Shown here: piece by piece, positions 19,701 to 29,500 of the stretch
Numbering within the stretch: position 1 is the first letter of the stretch
Layout of the letters: each line of letters opens with the position of its first letter
Virus record (IMG/VR): IMGVR_UViG_3300022602_000029
Location: 1-64,000 of that record
Reading direction: 5' to 3' (one strand)
Source of the DNA: a virus
DNA length: 64,000 bases
Position numbers and translations under genes: made by a program
The notes under the pieces: generated by a model
What the model was told of the DNA's origin: nothing
The model's database searches: none
The model's input: the letters and a program-made list of their open reading frames with translations, nothing else

Positions 19701-20507
19701 GATAATAGTTATAGTAGTACTCCTAGTGCAGGTATAATCATACAAAGTAACGCAACAACAAGCCACGGTAGCCTAACCTTTAGGAATGTTAATGCGAATG
19801 GGCAGAGTTATACATGGGATGTAGGCGGAAATAACAGGGCCGGTGGTAATGGGTCCGTGATAAGCGAAGGTAGCCTTACTCTTTTTGATGATATAGCAGG
19901 AGTTTATCGCCTGGCTGTACATAAAGGGTCTGGCGCTGTATTGATAAATCAGATCACAGACGACGGATTTAACAAGCTACAGGTAACAGGTGGCATCAAT
20001 ACAGACAATCTAAACGTAGCTAATTCGGCTACTATTGGACAGAGCCTTACGGTAGGCGTGACCACGTTTAACGGTTTCATAACAGTTAATACCAGTAGTA
20101 TTTTCAACGGTGTTGCCAAATTCTATAACACAGCGAGTTTTTATGGGCCTGTAGTGATAACAGGCACCGTAGTTATAGGAAGTAGCGCACTACAAACCTC
20201 TGTAACCTTGGTAAATACAACGAATCCAACATCTATTGATAGTTTTGATTCTACGTTGTATAGATCCGCTAAGAGTTTAGTACAGATAGAAGACTTAGAC
20301 AATGGAAGTTTTTATGTTGTAGAAGTCGTGTTGCTAGTCGATAATGCGAGTAATGTTTATATAAGCCAGTATGGTATTATAACAACCGCTTCTCCTCTAG
20401 GAGATTTTTCGACAGGGATAGTGGGTAATAATGTAGTATTGTATTTCACAGCATACGATACTACAAATAAAAAGATCAACGTGGTGCAAACAGCGATAAG
20501 TGTCTAA
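16710..20507 (+). CDS. long fibre protein (TGALxVxGGxG shaft repeats)
   Basis: 1265 aa; many TGA[L/V]xVxGGxG[I/V] repeats; DNIVDL...YDDGKDIG module also present in the 26551 gene; C-terminal IDSF...YRSAKSLVQI...YISQYG domain. No Cys found on reading. Confidence 0.75.
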   Translation: MPTILSGAVVQTGSSSSFITLAQAQPALQITPSTNTGYTIIVNTASNIEYTNLLGSLVFDSGTITNYNSGTDIGIYNLGGGFLQVYTSTFLNNTSAVTDGTDSYGTTSGAFVVTGGVGIGKNLNIGGITTIAANIASNSTQTGSLVVGGGFGVGGDIYVGGNLVFTNAKQGTLTSEKVTVLGTYTSVSTTTGAVVVQGGVGIGGSLYSGPVYDNGNRVVSVVNAGRGIAVSTSSGPTVLVTNTGVLTLTAGTGTVVNTSTGDITVWINPTNVLLTLQQVTNAGNTTNLPVYFNNQSNAISSITGAVVVAGGVGISQDLYIGGNITANGVNLTSSANSTLQANNGIFKTLSVTGTNFSTTTFSNNALYVAGGAGVGSSLAVGGDAVIYGNLYVQGTYTTFVTQNIAIGRNVIALSTASGPAILANGSGITVGPVASPFASFLYDGITSWQSLGSINPTLDLAYNLGSSGLRWNTVYGGSAIFNDGANSISTQTGALVVQGGIGVSGDSLFAGEIKFTSPLQATSTLTGALIIQGGVGIGGSIYAGNIYSNGILLTSGGGGGGGTGTINLIAGADIALTTTTQGTVISNTSTLQTVTSRGNTTINPIVITNGQNSYNATSGALQVTGGGSFASNLWIGGNSYFNGYATQLFSTNTFIYDNIVDLHFNVNNWTYDDGKDIGLKFNYYYGASTATGFLGRSDASGHLVWFSTGNELANGKFTGTGGVFETGSIQLNSTSTASITSLGGIAAAGPLYINNSATISGTIYAGPIFSNYAPVLTSANLSSFGVADIIAGTGTSVSSSTGNVIIWNTLNLNQVSQNGNTTSFPIGILNGTNTYSTATGALTVSGGVGVNGGVFVGGTVTATNATFNNLAVQIENISNSLTINSTQQIPLQITNPQNGTSTVLINAVGTDTNSHGGLVIQNNLGNYLELGINSSGRTISQYGVGSAYLYTNPFLPSLNIGNSSTINFWSQNVASANPPAMSIASTTTTIINNLLVEDNSYSSTPSAGIIIQSNATTSHGSLTFRNVNANGQSYTWDVGGNNRAGGNGSVISEGSLTLFDDIAGVYRLAVHKGSGAVLINQITDDGFNKLQVTGGINTDNLNVANSATIGQSLTVGVTTFNGFITVNTSSIFNGVAKFYNTASFYGPVVITGTVVIGSSALQTSVTLVNTTNPTSIDSFDSTLYRSAKSLVQIEDLDNGSFYVVEVVLLVDNASNVYISQYGIITTASPLGDFSTGIVGNNVVLYFTAYDTTNKKINVVQTAISV

Positions 20508-20519
20508 GGATAAAAGATT

Positions 20520-23500
20520 ATGTCAATAACAAAAGATTTTGTAGTCAAACAAGGCGTAACGATACAGGGAACGGCAACTAGCCTTAGCACCAGTACGGGC
20601 GCTTTGTTGGTCGCTGGCGGCGCCGGTATAGCAGGTAGCGTTTTTGCTTCTGGTATAGGTAGTTTCGGAGCCAACACACCGGGTACAGCTACTACAAGTA
20701 CTACGACATCACAAACATTGCGTATAACTTCGGGCGGTGCTGGTGTAGTTGGAGACAGTTTATTCCAAGGACAAGTTGCTATCGCTGGCAGTACCTACAT
20801 ATTAGGAACCGCACCAGCCAGTACTACCAATACAGGAGCTCTACAGGTCCTAGGTGGAGTAGGCATCGGCGGTGCTGTATACATCGGCACTAGCAGTTAT
20901 ATCGCTGGCAGCCAGATATTAACACAGGCTACTCTAGGAGCTTTAGCAGTAACCAGTATCATCGGCGGTACAGACACCAACGTTAGTTCATCTACAGGTG
21001 CTGTAACGGTATGGAGCACAGCAACATTAGCGTCTGTCAGTGGAAGATCAGGACCAGGATATGCGGCAGGTGTCACACCTAATGCCATAACCATACAGAA
21101 TTATACAGGTAGTGTTAGCACGAACTCAGGCGCACTGATAGTTACAGGCGGCGTGGGTATATGGAATACATTAACTGTTGGCGGTGCTGCCAACATAACT
21201 GGAATCATAAATGGCAGTGCTAGTTTAAGCATCGCTACAACAGCCAGCTTCGGAGGAACAGCTAACGCTACTAATACTTTCACTGGCGCGGTAGTAATGG
21301 TCGGTGGATTAGCTGTAGCCCAAACTGTTTATTCTCAAGGACACGTAGTAGTTGGAACAAATGCTAGCGTGAGCACCACGGCATCTAATGCCCTAGTAGT
21401 AAGCCAGGGTGGATTAGGTGTACAAGGTACTGCTTTAATCGGCGGTAACACAGTATTACAATCTCCAACTAACGGCACCTCAACAGGCACAGGACAAGCA
21501 TTATTAGTAGCAGGCGGCGTCGGAGTCGCGGCTAATCTAGTAGCAGGTAAAGTTATCACTGCTGATCAGACAGCGGCTACCTCCGGCGGCGCAGGAAGTC
21601 TGCAGATAGCAGGCGGTGCTTATGTAGCCAACAACATCTATGTCGGTGGCGGAACACAGAGTACAGGAACACAAAACGGTAGTTTGGTAGTAAGCGGCGG
21701 CGTCGGTATAAGCCAAAACTTAAACGTAGGTGGTACAGCGTACATCACAGGTGATCTGTATGTTGACGGTACCAACTTTATCGTAAACAAAAATATAATA
21801 GCTACTGGAGATTCTACTCTAACCTTATCAACAGGATCTACCAGTAGCGTTCTAGCTACAGGTGCTGGTCTACAGATTGGAAACACAGCCACTCCTTATA
21901 TCTCTTGGTTGTATGATGGTATAGGAAACTGGAAATCTAGTGGCGGTATCATATCTAGTAGCACTATCTATGCCAGCAGTGGTTCATTAGCAACCAACAC
22001 TCTAACAGGTGCAATACAGGTATTAGGCGGAGTTGGCATCAATGGCAACATCTATGTAGCAGGTAATGGCGCATCAGCTAGCAGTTCATCAGTGGCCAGC
22101 CAGAGTATCGTTATCAACACCAATGGTATAGGCGTTACTGGTAACAGTTATTTTGCCAGCAACGTAGGAATCGGCGGTGCCTATGGACTAGGCGTAACAA
22201 ACAACATAGGCGTTGGCAATCAAGTAATCATATCAGGAACTAGCGCAGTAGGTAGCACTAGCTCTATCAGCTCACAGGCATTGGTAGTAACAGCCAATGG
22301 TATGGCTATCAACGGCGCAAGCAATATCAACGGTGCGCTATCCATTAGTGGTTTAACTCAGATAACTAATACCACTAACAGCACAGCGTTTGGTAACGGC
22401 GCATTGACCGTATTAGGTGGTGTAGGTATAGCACAAAACTTAACTGTCGGCGGTACTATATTTGGAAATCTTACAGGTGTCGCAACCACAGCTACTAATA
22501 TAGCAGGCGGTGCTACTGGTAGCATTCCTTATCAGACTACTGCTGGCAATACAGCGTTTATAGGTATCGGCCAAGCTGGATTCTTGTTAGTCAGCAATGG
22601 ATCATCAGCAACATGGTCAACAGCAACTAGCATTCCGGTCGGTATCGCGTTGGACGCTATCAACATAGCAGTAACTGGTACGAATGCTAGCACACCTTAT
22701 TACCTAGCTATGGTACAGGCGGTCAATCCGGCTAACTATTTTGAACCCGTATACAGCACATCTACAGTAACTATCACACCACAAACTGGAGTCGCTAGCT
22801 TCAGCGGTACTGTAGATTCAACTACCAGCACCAACGGTACTATCGTAACTACCGGCGGCGTGGGTATCGCCAAGAGCACAGTAGTAGGCGGAACCAGTAC
22901 ACACTATGGTCCCGTAGTAATCCTAAATAATCAATCTGCTACTACAGCGACTAGCACAGCCAGCTCGGCAGCTTTACAAATAGCAGGCGGAGCATCAGTA
23001 CAGGGTTCTATATACGCAGGTAACATCTATGACAACAATAATAGAGTTATAACCAGCGTAACACCAACTGCTTCGACAGGTATCGCTATAACTAGCTTAG
23101 TTTCATCAGGACCTGCAGTATCATTTACTATCAACAACTTTGGTGTTACCAGCCTAGCAGGTACTACCTATCTAGGAGTTAGCAGTAATACAGGAAGTGT
23201 AACTCTAACAAATCTAGGTGTACAGACACTGACAGCAGGTACAGATACAGCAGTATCGGCCAGCACAGGTACTATCACGATATGGAATACAGCTACTCTA
23301 CAGACTATAACCAACAGAGGTAACTCTACCACCAACGCTGTTTACATCACTAATGGTACACAGGCGGGTAGCACAGGAACCGGTGCGTTGACAGTACAGG
23401 GTGGCGCAGGTATTGGTGGAAATCTATATGTAGGCGCCACTTTAAATAGATCAGGTAACGTTTCTAGTTCAAGTTGGTTAGCTAGCGGTGTAGCTATAGT

Positions 23501-24200
23501 CAGTTCAACAGCTACATTTACTGATACAGTATTGACAGGTCCACAAGGTCCGGTAGCGATCAATGCCTTTGGTGTTCCGACTCTCGCGGCCACTAACACT
23601 CCGGTATACAGTGATGCGGCCACAGTTTACATAGCGGGTGCTCCTAGCACATCGACTGGTGTCAGTGTTACAAATCCATGGAGCTTGTTGATACCTAACG
23701 GTAACGTGAAGTTTGGAGCCACAGCTACCAGCGTCAGCACAGCAACGGGCGCACTAGTAGTAGGCGGCGGAATCGGAGCAGGTGGAGCAGGTTATTTTGG
23801 TGGATTGGTACAGGCAGGAGCTACAGTAACTGCTACGTCTGTGGTTGGATTCGTTTCAAATAACGCCACTATAGCTACCTATACCAGCGGTGTTATCAGC
23901 ACTACTACACAGCAGACTCTAGATGTATGGAGCTCTAGTACCTACAGGACTGCTAGATATACTATACAGGTAGTAGATACAGGATTTACTCCTAACTATG
24001 TCTACAATACTGAAATGATGATATTCCATGACGGTGCTGGAACTGTTTACAAGAGCGAATATGGAATGACCTTTAACGGTTCAATATTAGGCAACTTTGA
24101 TGTCAACATGATTGGACAGGGCGTGCAACTGGTGTTTACTCCGACTTATACTCCGGCTAACATGACCATCAAGGCACACAGGACCACGCTGTCTCTATAA
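20520..24200 (+). CDS. long fibre protein, paralog of 16710-20507
   Basis: 1226 aa; N-terminal KDFVVKQG; same shaft repeats; C-terminal LDVW...YRTARYTIQV...YKSEYG domain homologous to the previous gene. Confidence 0.75.
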   Translation: MSITKDFVVKQGVTIQGTATSLSTSTGALLVAGGAGIAGSVFASGIGSFGANTPGTATTSTTTSQTLRITSGGAGVVGDSLFQGQVAIAGSTYILGTAPASTTNTGALQVLGGVGIGGAVYIGTSSYIAGSQILTQATLGALAVTSIIGGTDTNVSSSTGAVTVWSTATLASVSGRSGPGYAAGVTPNAITIQNYTGSVSTNSGALIVTGGVGIWNTLTVGGAANITGIINGSASLSIATTASFGGTANATNTFTGAVVMVGGLAVAQTVYSQGHVVVGTNASVSTTASNALVVSQGGLGVQGTALIGGNTVLQSPTNGTSTGTGQALLVAGGVGVAANLVAGKVITADQTAATSGGAGSLQIAGGAYVANNIYVGGGTQSTGTQNGSLVVSGGVGISQNLNVGGTAYITGDLYVDGTNFIVNKNIIATGDSTLTLSTGSTSSVLATGAGLQIGNTATPYISWLYDGIGNWKSSGGIISSSTIYASSGSLATNTLTGAIQVLGGVGINGNIYVAGNGASASSSSVASQSIVINTNGIGVTGNSYFASNVGIGGAYGLGVTNNIGVGNQVIISGTSAVGSTSSISSQALVVTANGMAINGASNINGALSISGLTQITNTTNSTAFGNGALTVLGGVGIAQNLTVGGTIFGNLTGVATTATNIAGGATGSIPYQTTAGNTAFIGIGQAGFLLVSNGSSATWSTATSIPVGIALDAINIAVTGTNASTPYYLAMVQAVNPANYFEPVYSTSTVTITPQTGVASFSGTVDSTTSTNGTIVTTGGVGIAKSTVVGGTSTHYGPVVILNNQSATTATSTASSAALQIAGGASVQGSIYAGNIYDNNNRVITSVTPTASTGIAITSLVSSGPAVSFTINNFGVTSLAGTTYLGVSSNTGSVTLTNLGVQTLTAGTDTAVSASTGTITIWNTATLQTITNRGNSTTNAVYITNGTQAGSTGTGALTVQGGAGIGGNLYVGATLNRSGNVSSSSWLASGVAIVSSTATFTDTVLTGPQGPVAINAFGVPTLAATNTPVYSDAATVYIAGAPSTSTGVSVTNPWSLLIPNGNVKFGATATSVSTATGALVVGGGIGAGGAGYFGGLVQAGATVTATSVVGFVSNNATIATYTSGVISTTTQQTLDVWSSSTYRTARYTIQVVDTGFTPNYVYNTEMMIFHDGAGTVYKSEYGMTFNGSILGNFDVNMIGQGVQLVFTPTYTPANMTIKAHRTTLSL

Positions 24201-24223
24201 ACTCGTCACTTTCCGCTTTTAAC

Positions 24224-24229
24224 TAAATA
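24224..24229 (+). promoter_or_regulatory. late promoter core (TAAATA) inside an inverted repeat
   Basis: Lies in the 20-nt loop between arms 24209-24219 and 24240-24250. Confidence 0.6.
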
Positions 24230-24264
24230 CTCATAGTCGAAAGTGGAAAGGGAAGCTAGAGACC

Positions 24265-24504
24265 ATGTCTGTTAATAATAATTTCGTCGTCAAGAACGGC
24301 CTGGTTGTCACCACCACGGCTTCAATCCAAAGCTCATTAGCTTCAACCTCAACTACCACGGGCGCATTAACGATCGCAGGCGGAGTCGGCATAGGAGGTA
24401 ATGTATACATGGGCGGATCCACACATTATGTAAATTCAAATACTAGCGCGGTGTATCAGTTTTATAACGCAGGTACAGGTAGTTTAGATACGGTATTTGG
24501 ATAA
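24265..24504 (+). CDS. short fibre adapter (type 1 of pair), C-terminus YQFYNAGTGSLDTVFG
   Basis: 79 aa; NFVVKNGL N-terminus similar to 20520; one TGAL repeat; C-terminus shared with 35184 and 38006. Confidence 0.75.
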   Translation: MSVNNNFVVKNGLVVTTTASIQSSLASTSTTTGALTIAGGVGIGGNVYMGGSTHYVNSNTSAVYQFYNAGTGSLDTVFG

Positions 24505-26516
24505 TGGCTACAGCACAGAGATTATATCCTGGAGGCCTATTACAGGTCTATAGTAACTTTGATGAAGTTACTTTCAATCCCACCAGTGGTCAGGTTACTA
24601 ATCTATTCCCCTACAGCCAAAACTTCTCACCAACTACACCTTGGGTAAAATATTCCACGACCGATACAGTATATCTTAACACAGCGTCAACACTGGCACC
24701 AGACGGTACTACAAGTTCTACGCTGATCATTCCAGGAACTAATTCTGGTTATCATATGTTTACACATATTGGACTGATATTTGGAACAGGTACTATCAGT
24801 ATATTTGCTAAACCAGCAGGCTATAACTACATAGGCCTTAGTAATGGTCCTTATAATACCACTAAGTTTAATCTCACAGCTACCAGTGTCGCTGTGCTAG
24901 GATCAGGATGGACCACAGCTAGTATCGCTTCTGTAGGAAATGGATGGTGTAGGGCACAGGTTAGTTCTACAGGATCAGTAGGATGGGGCACCATGTACTT
25001 AGAAGTTCCTAATAATCTAGATCAAGAGCAATACGCCGGAGATGGAGTTAACGGAGTATACATATGGGGAGCACAGGTAGAAACTAACCCCACAGCCAGT
25101 ATCTATGTTCCTACCACGGCAGGAGTCGTGTCGTCCAGTCCGGGATCTAAAACCGTAAACCCAGGTATCATATACACTACTGGACAGTTTGATGAAGTGA
25201 CCTACAACTCTACCAGTAGTTATATCGTTAACAACTTACAAAACAGCCAATATTTTACCAGCACTAATTGGGCCACAAGCAACAGCACTGTTTTCCTAAA
25301 TACCACTACTGTTACCGCGCCCGATGGCACATTGACCGCTACTAAACTTATGGATCTCTCTGGTTCGGGATATCACTACCTGTCTTATATTACACCGTTT
25401 AATCTAAACTCTGGAACGAGTTATACTTTTAGTCTTTATGCTAAAGCTGCCGAGATACCTAATATCGGTGTTTACATACCGAGTAGCGCCTCTGGAGCAA
25501 AATATAATCTAACAAATGGTTCTTTGATATCTAATGACGCTAATATCACTAGCAGTATAGTTTCATATCCTAATGGGTGGTGGCGGATCAACGCTACCTA
25601 TAGTGCTCCATCTTCCACAGTTAATAACCTTCAAATATACCTAATGAATCCAGGGACTAGCTATTCAGCTACTGGAGGTCAGGGGCTTTATATCTGGGGC
25701 GCCCAGTTTGAACCAAATGCCACTACATCGTCGATCTATGTAGCTACGACCTCAACGACTTCTCCTAGTTTTGCTAGTAGGGTAAGTAGCCAAGGAAACT
25801 TATATGTTCCTGGCTATTTTGATGAAGTTACATTGGCCAATCCAGTTCCTACTATAGTGACTAATGGACTACTATTCAACATAGACATGCAGAATTGGAC
25901 ACCATCTAATCCTTTGAACTTACTAGACAGTAGCGGTAATGGCAATAACTTTACCTTCTATGCGACTCCTAATATAACCACATACGGATATGTGGCCAAC
26001 ACTGGGACCAGTCAGGCCTATTGGTATGGGCCAGGAAACAACGGCGCAGTAGCATCAACGGCTTTCTTTCCGGGAAATATCAACTACAGTAAGTCTGCTG
26101 TGGTATGGACTCCAAATGGTAGCTTGTCTAATATCATAGGATCAACAAGCCAAGAAACCATGTGGGGAGCAGGAACTAGCTATCTATATGCTGGAAATAG
26201 CAGTGCTAACTATCAAGAAGGTACTTCTAGTCCTACTACATTCTCTGTAGGCCAATGGATGTATGTAGGAGTGAGCTACAATACATCTACTGGATGGCAT
26301 ATGTATATTAACGGATCGTTGGTAGGAACAAATGCTTCATCTGTTTCTAGGACCTCTAGCTCTACTCCACAACTATTCAGCTATTCAGGAAATGCTAATA
26401 ATAGCATAGGTAAAATCGCTGCCGCATTGTTATACAATAGAGAATTAACTACTGCGGAACATCTACAGAATTACAACTATTATATCACGAGATATAATGG
26501 TTCAAGTCCAACTTAA
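24504..26516 (+). CDS. multi-domain lectin-like receptor-binding protein (FDEV linkers, CBM-like and LamG-like domains)
   Basis: 670 aa; three FDEV motifs; two APDGT..A..L...YAK.A...NGW.R....GxYIWGAQxE modules; C-terminal LamG/ConA-like domain (W.YV...Y...MYINGSL...GKIA..LLYNRELT..E..QNY). Confidence 0.75.
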   Translation: MATAQRLYPGGLLQVYSNFDEVTFNPTSGQVTNLFPYSQNFSPTTPWVKYSTTDTVYLNTASTLAPDGTTSSTLIIPGTNSGYHMFTHIGLIFGTGTISIFAKPAGYNYIGLSNGPYNTTKFNLTATSVAVLGSGWTTASIASVGNGWCRAQVSSTGSVGWGTMYLEVPNNLDQEQYAGDGVNGVYIWGAQVETNPTASIYVPTTAGVVSSSPGSKTVNPGIIYTTGQFDEVTYNSTSSYIVNNLQNSQYFTSTNWATSNSTVFLNTTTVTAPDGTLTATKLMDLSGSGYHYLSYITPFNLNSGTSYTFSLYAKAAEIPNIGVYIPSSASGAKYNLTNGSLISNDANITSSIVSYPNGWWRINATYSAPSSTVNNLQIYLMNPGTSYSATGGQGLYIWGAQFEPNATTSSIYVATTSTTSPSFASRVSSQGNLYVPGYFDEVTLANPVPTIVTNGLLFNIDMQNWTPSNPLNLLDSSGNGNNFTFYATPNITTYGYVANTGTSQAYWYGPGNNGAVASTAFFPGNINYSKSAVVWTPNGSLSNIIGSTSQETMWGAGTSYLYAGNSSANYQEGTSSPTTFSVGQWMYVGVSYNTSTGWHMYINGSLVGTNASSVSRTSSSTPQLFSYSGNANNSIGKIAAALLYNRELTTAEHLQNYNYYITRYNGSSPT

Positions 26517-26537
26517 CCGGTGACAGAAAATATAAAA

Positions 26538-26543
26538 TAAATA
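26538..26543 (+). promoter_or_regulatory. late promoter core (TAAATA)
   Basis: 7 nt upstream of the ATG at 26551; no SD. Confidence 0.65.
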
Positions 26544-26550
26544 CACGAAT

Positions 26551-29500
26551 ATGGCAAAACTACTCGGCGGCACGATAATATACGGTACAGGAACTATCCA
26601 ATCTACACTATATGTAGGAGGGATACTCAATACGGGCACGGCAGTATCGAACTCGACTATCACAGGAGCCCTACAGGTAGTTGGTGGTGTCGGGGTAGGC
26701 GGTAACATCAACGCAGGCGGCTATATCACTGCCCAAAGCGGATTCTATGCTGTCAATACCTACACCGGAGGTTATAGTGACGGCATAGTAGTCGACTATG
26801 TCAATGGAACTATAGGTAATGGACGTATCAGTGTTGGCCCTCAAGATAATATCACATTCTACAATGGTGGTCCTGCGACTACAGCTACCATGCAGATTTC
26901 TTCAAGCGGTACTGTTTATGTTCCAACAGGCATCACATCAAACTCTACGCTCACAGGCAGTCTTGTAGTAGCAGGCGGAGTTGGCATCGGCGGTAACCTG
27001 TACGTAGGTGGTATCATCGCCGGTTCCATAAGCAGTTCAACCAATATATCTGGAGGACAAGCTGGTTATATTCCTATACAGAGTGCTCCTAACGCTACTA
27101 GTTTTATAGGTACAGGTAGTGTAGGTTATGTGCTACAGATGCAGATCAACAACACAGCTACTTGGGTAAGTACTGGTTCTTTGGGTATTAGCGGAGGCGG
27201 AGGCGGCAGCTTAAACGCCTATTGTAGCTACTATGTAACTAGCCCAACTGTGTCTACTAGCGGTGTCAATAACATAGCTATCGGATGTTGTGCTTTAAGT
27301 AATAATACTACTGGGTGTAACAATCTAGCACTAGGTTATGGATCTCTTAGATTAAACACCACTGGGACCAGTAACTTCGCCGTGGGCTATAGGACGTTGG
27401 CAGGTAACACAGGTGGATTTAATAATATCGCCATAGGATGCTGTGCGCTGTTAGGCAACACATTTGGATCTAGCAACTTTGCGGTTGGTTCGCAGACACT
27501 GGGAAAGAATACCTATGGCTGCAATAATACAGCGATAGGATCAGGAGCACTAGCTAACAATACTACAGGAAGTCAAAATTTCGCCGCAGGTCCTAATGCA
27601 CTTGGAAACAATACGTTTGGTAACAACAATACAGCTATTGGGCAGGGTGCGTTGCTTGCCAATACCACAGGAAGCAATAACTTTGCTGTGGGTTATGCCG
27701 CACTCCGAGCCAACACAGGGGGAGGAAATAATCTAGCCCTGGGTACATGGGCTATGACCAATAGCATAACTGGACAGAATAACATAGCATTAGGTTATCA
27801 ATCCATGAGCTTCTATGTGGCAGGATGTAACAATATTGCCTTAGGTGTAAACTCTTTATATGGATTAGCTGGCACTTATGGATCTAATAATGTAGCTATA
27901 GGTGGTAACACCATGCGTGCCAATACCACTGGTTCTAATAATACAGCTATTGGGTATGGATCCTTGAAATCCAACGTCACTGGCTGCAACAACGTGGCTA
28001 TCGGCTATTATGGAATGCATAATAACATCTCCGGTCAGGCTAACACGGCTATAGGATATCAAACATTATATAATAACACCGGAGGTAACTTTAACACAGC
28101 GATCGGTTGTTATGCTTTATTCTGCAATACCACAGGTTGCTATAACACGGCTATAGGTCCTAGCGCATTGTATTTCAACACAGGTAGCGGTAATACTGCT
28201 ATAGGATGTCTAGCACTAAATCTAAACACCTATGGCTGCATGAACATAGCTATCGGTAATAGCGCTATGAGGTGCAACCTTACTGGCTGTAATAATATAG
28301 CATTTGGCAATAATTCCATGTGTGGAAACCTAAATGGTAGCCATAACTTTGCCGCAGGCTGTCAGTCGCTTAACAATAACACCGCAGGTAACTATAACAC
28401 AGCGATAGGCGTCAACGCATTATTTTGTAACACTACTGGATCTAATAATACCGCGTTAGGAAATAGTGCTTTATACCTTAACTGCACGGGATCAAACAAC
28501 ATAGCTATAGGATCTAGTGCTCTTGTTAAAAATACCTACGGTAATTCTAATATAGCATTGGGTTATCAGTCTTTATGTGCCAATACTACAGGACAGAATA
28601 ATATCGCCATGGGCACCTGTGCTTTGGTAGCTAACAATACAGGCAGTTTTAACGTAGCCATAGGTTGTAATGCGTTATATGGCAATACTAGCGGTAACTA
28701 CAACAATGCTGTAGGTGTTTTTTCTCTAAGGAACAGTACTACTGGTATAGCCAACTTCGCAGGAGGTTACGCAGCCTTATCAAGTAATTCATCAGGTAGT
28801 TACAATACAGCAATAGGTCATTGTTCGATGGCTTATAATAATACCGGTAACTGTAATATAGCATTAGGTCCTTATTCCTTATATGGTATAGTCACAGGAT
28901 GTAATAACTTTGCCGCAGGTGCTTATGCTCTTTTCAGCAATACAGGAGGCTGTGCTAACGTGGCCATCGGCCTTAGCGCTCTTAACAAAAACACCACTGG
29001 TTATGGAAACGTAGGCATTGGTGCTAATTCTGGATACAACAATACTTCAGGATGTGATAACATATCCGTGGGAATCTGTGGATTATACTGTAATATAAGC
29101 GGCAGCCATAACATAGCTATCGGAGCCTGTGCATTATATGCCAATACCGGCACCAACAACGTGGCTCTTGGATTTACTGCTTTAAGAAATAACAGCTGGG
29201 GCTATGGCAACATAGCAGTGTCTAGAGGAGCTCTGTGCCATAACACATATGGACAGAATAATATCGGTCTTGGTAGTCTTTCTCTATATTGCAACACCGT
29301 AGGCTGTAGCAACTTTGCGGCAGGTGTATGCGCTTTATATTCTAACACCGCTGGTAATAGCAATATAGCTATAGGCGCCAGCGCCTTGCTTTACAATACG
29401 ACCGGCTATAATAACATAGCGATGGGCTGTTTATCATTGTTTTCTAACACTAGTGGTTACAACAACATCGCCATGGGCTATCAGGCCCTGTATCTCAATA

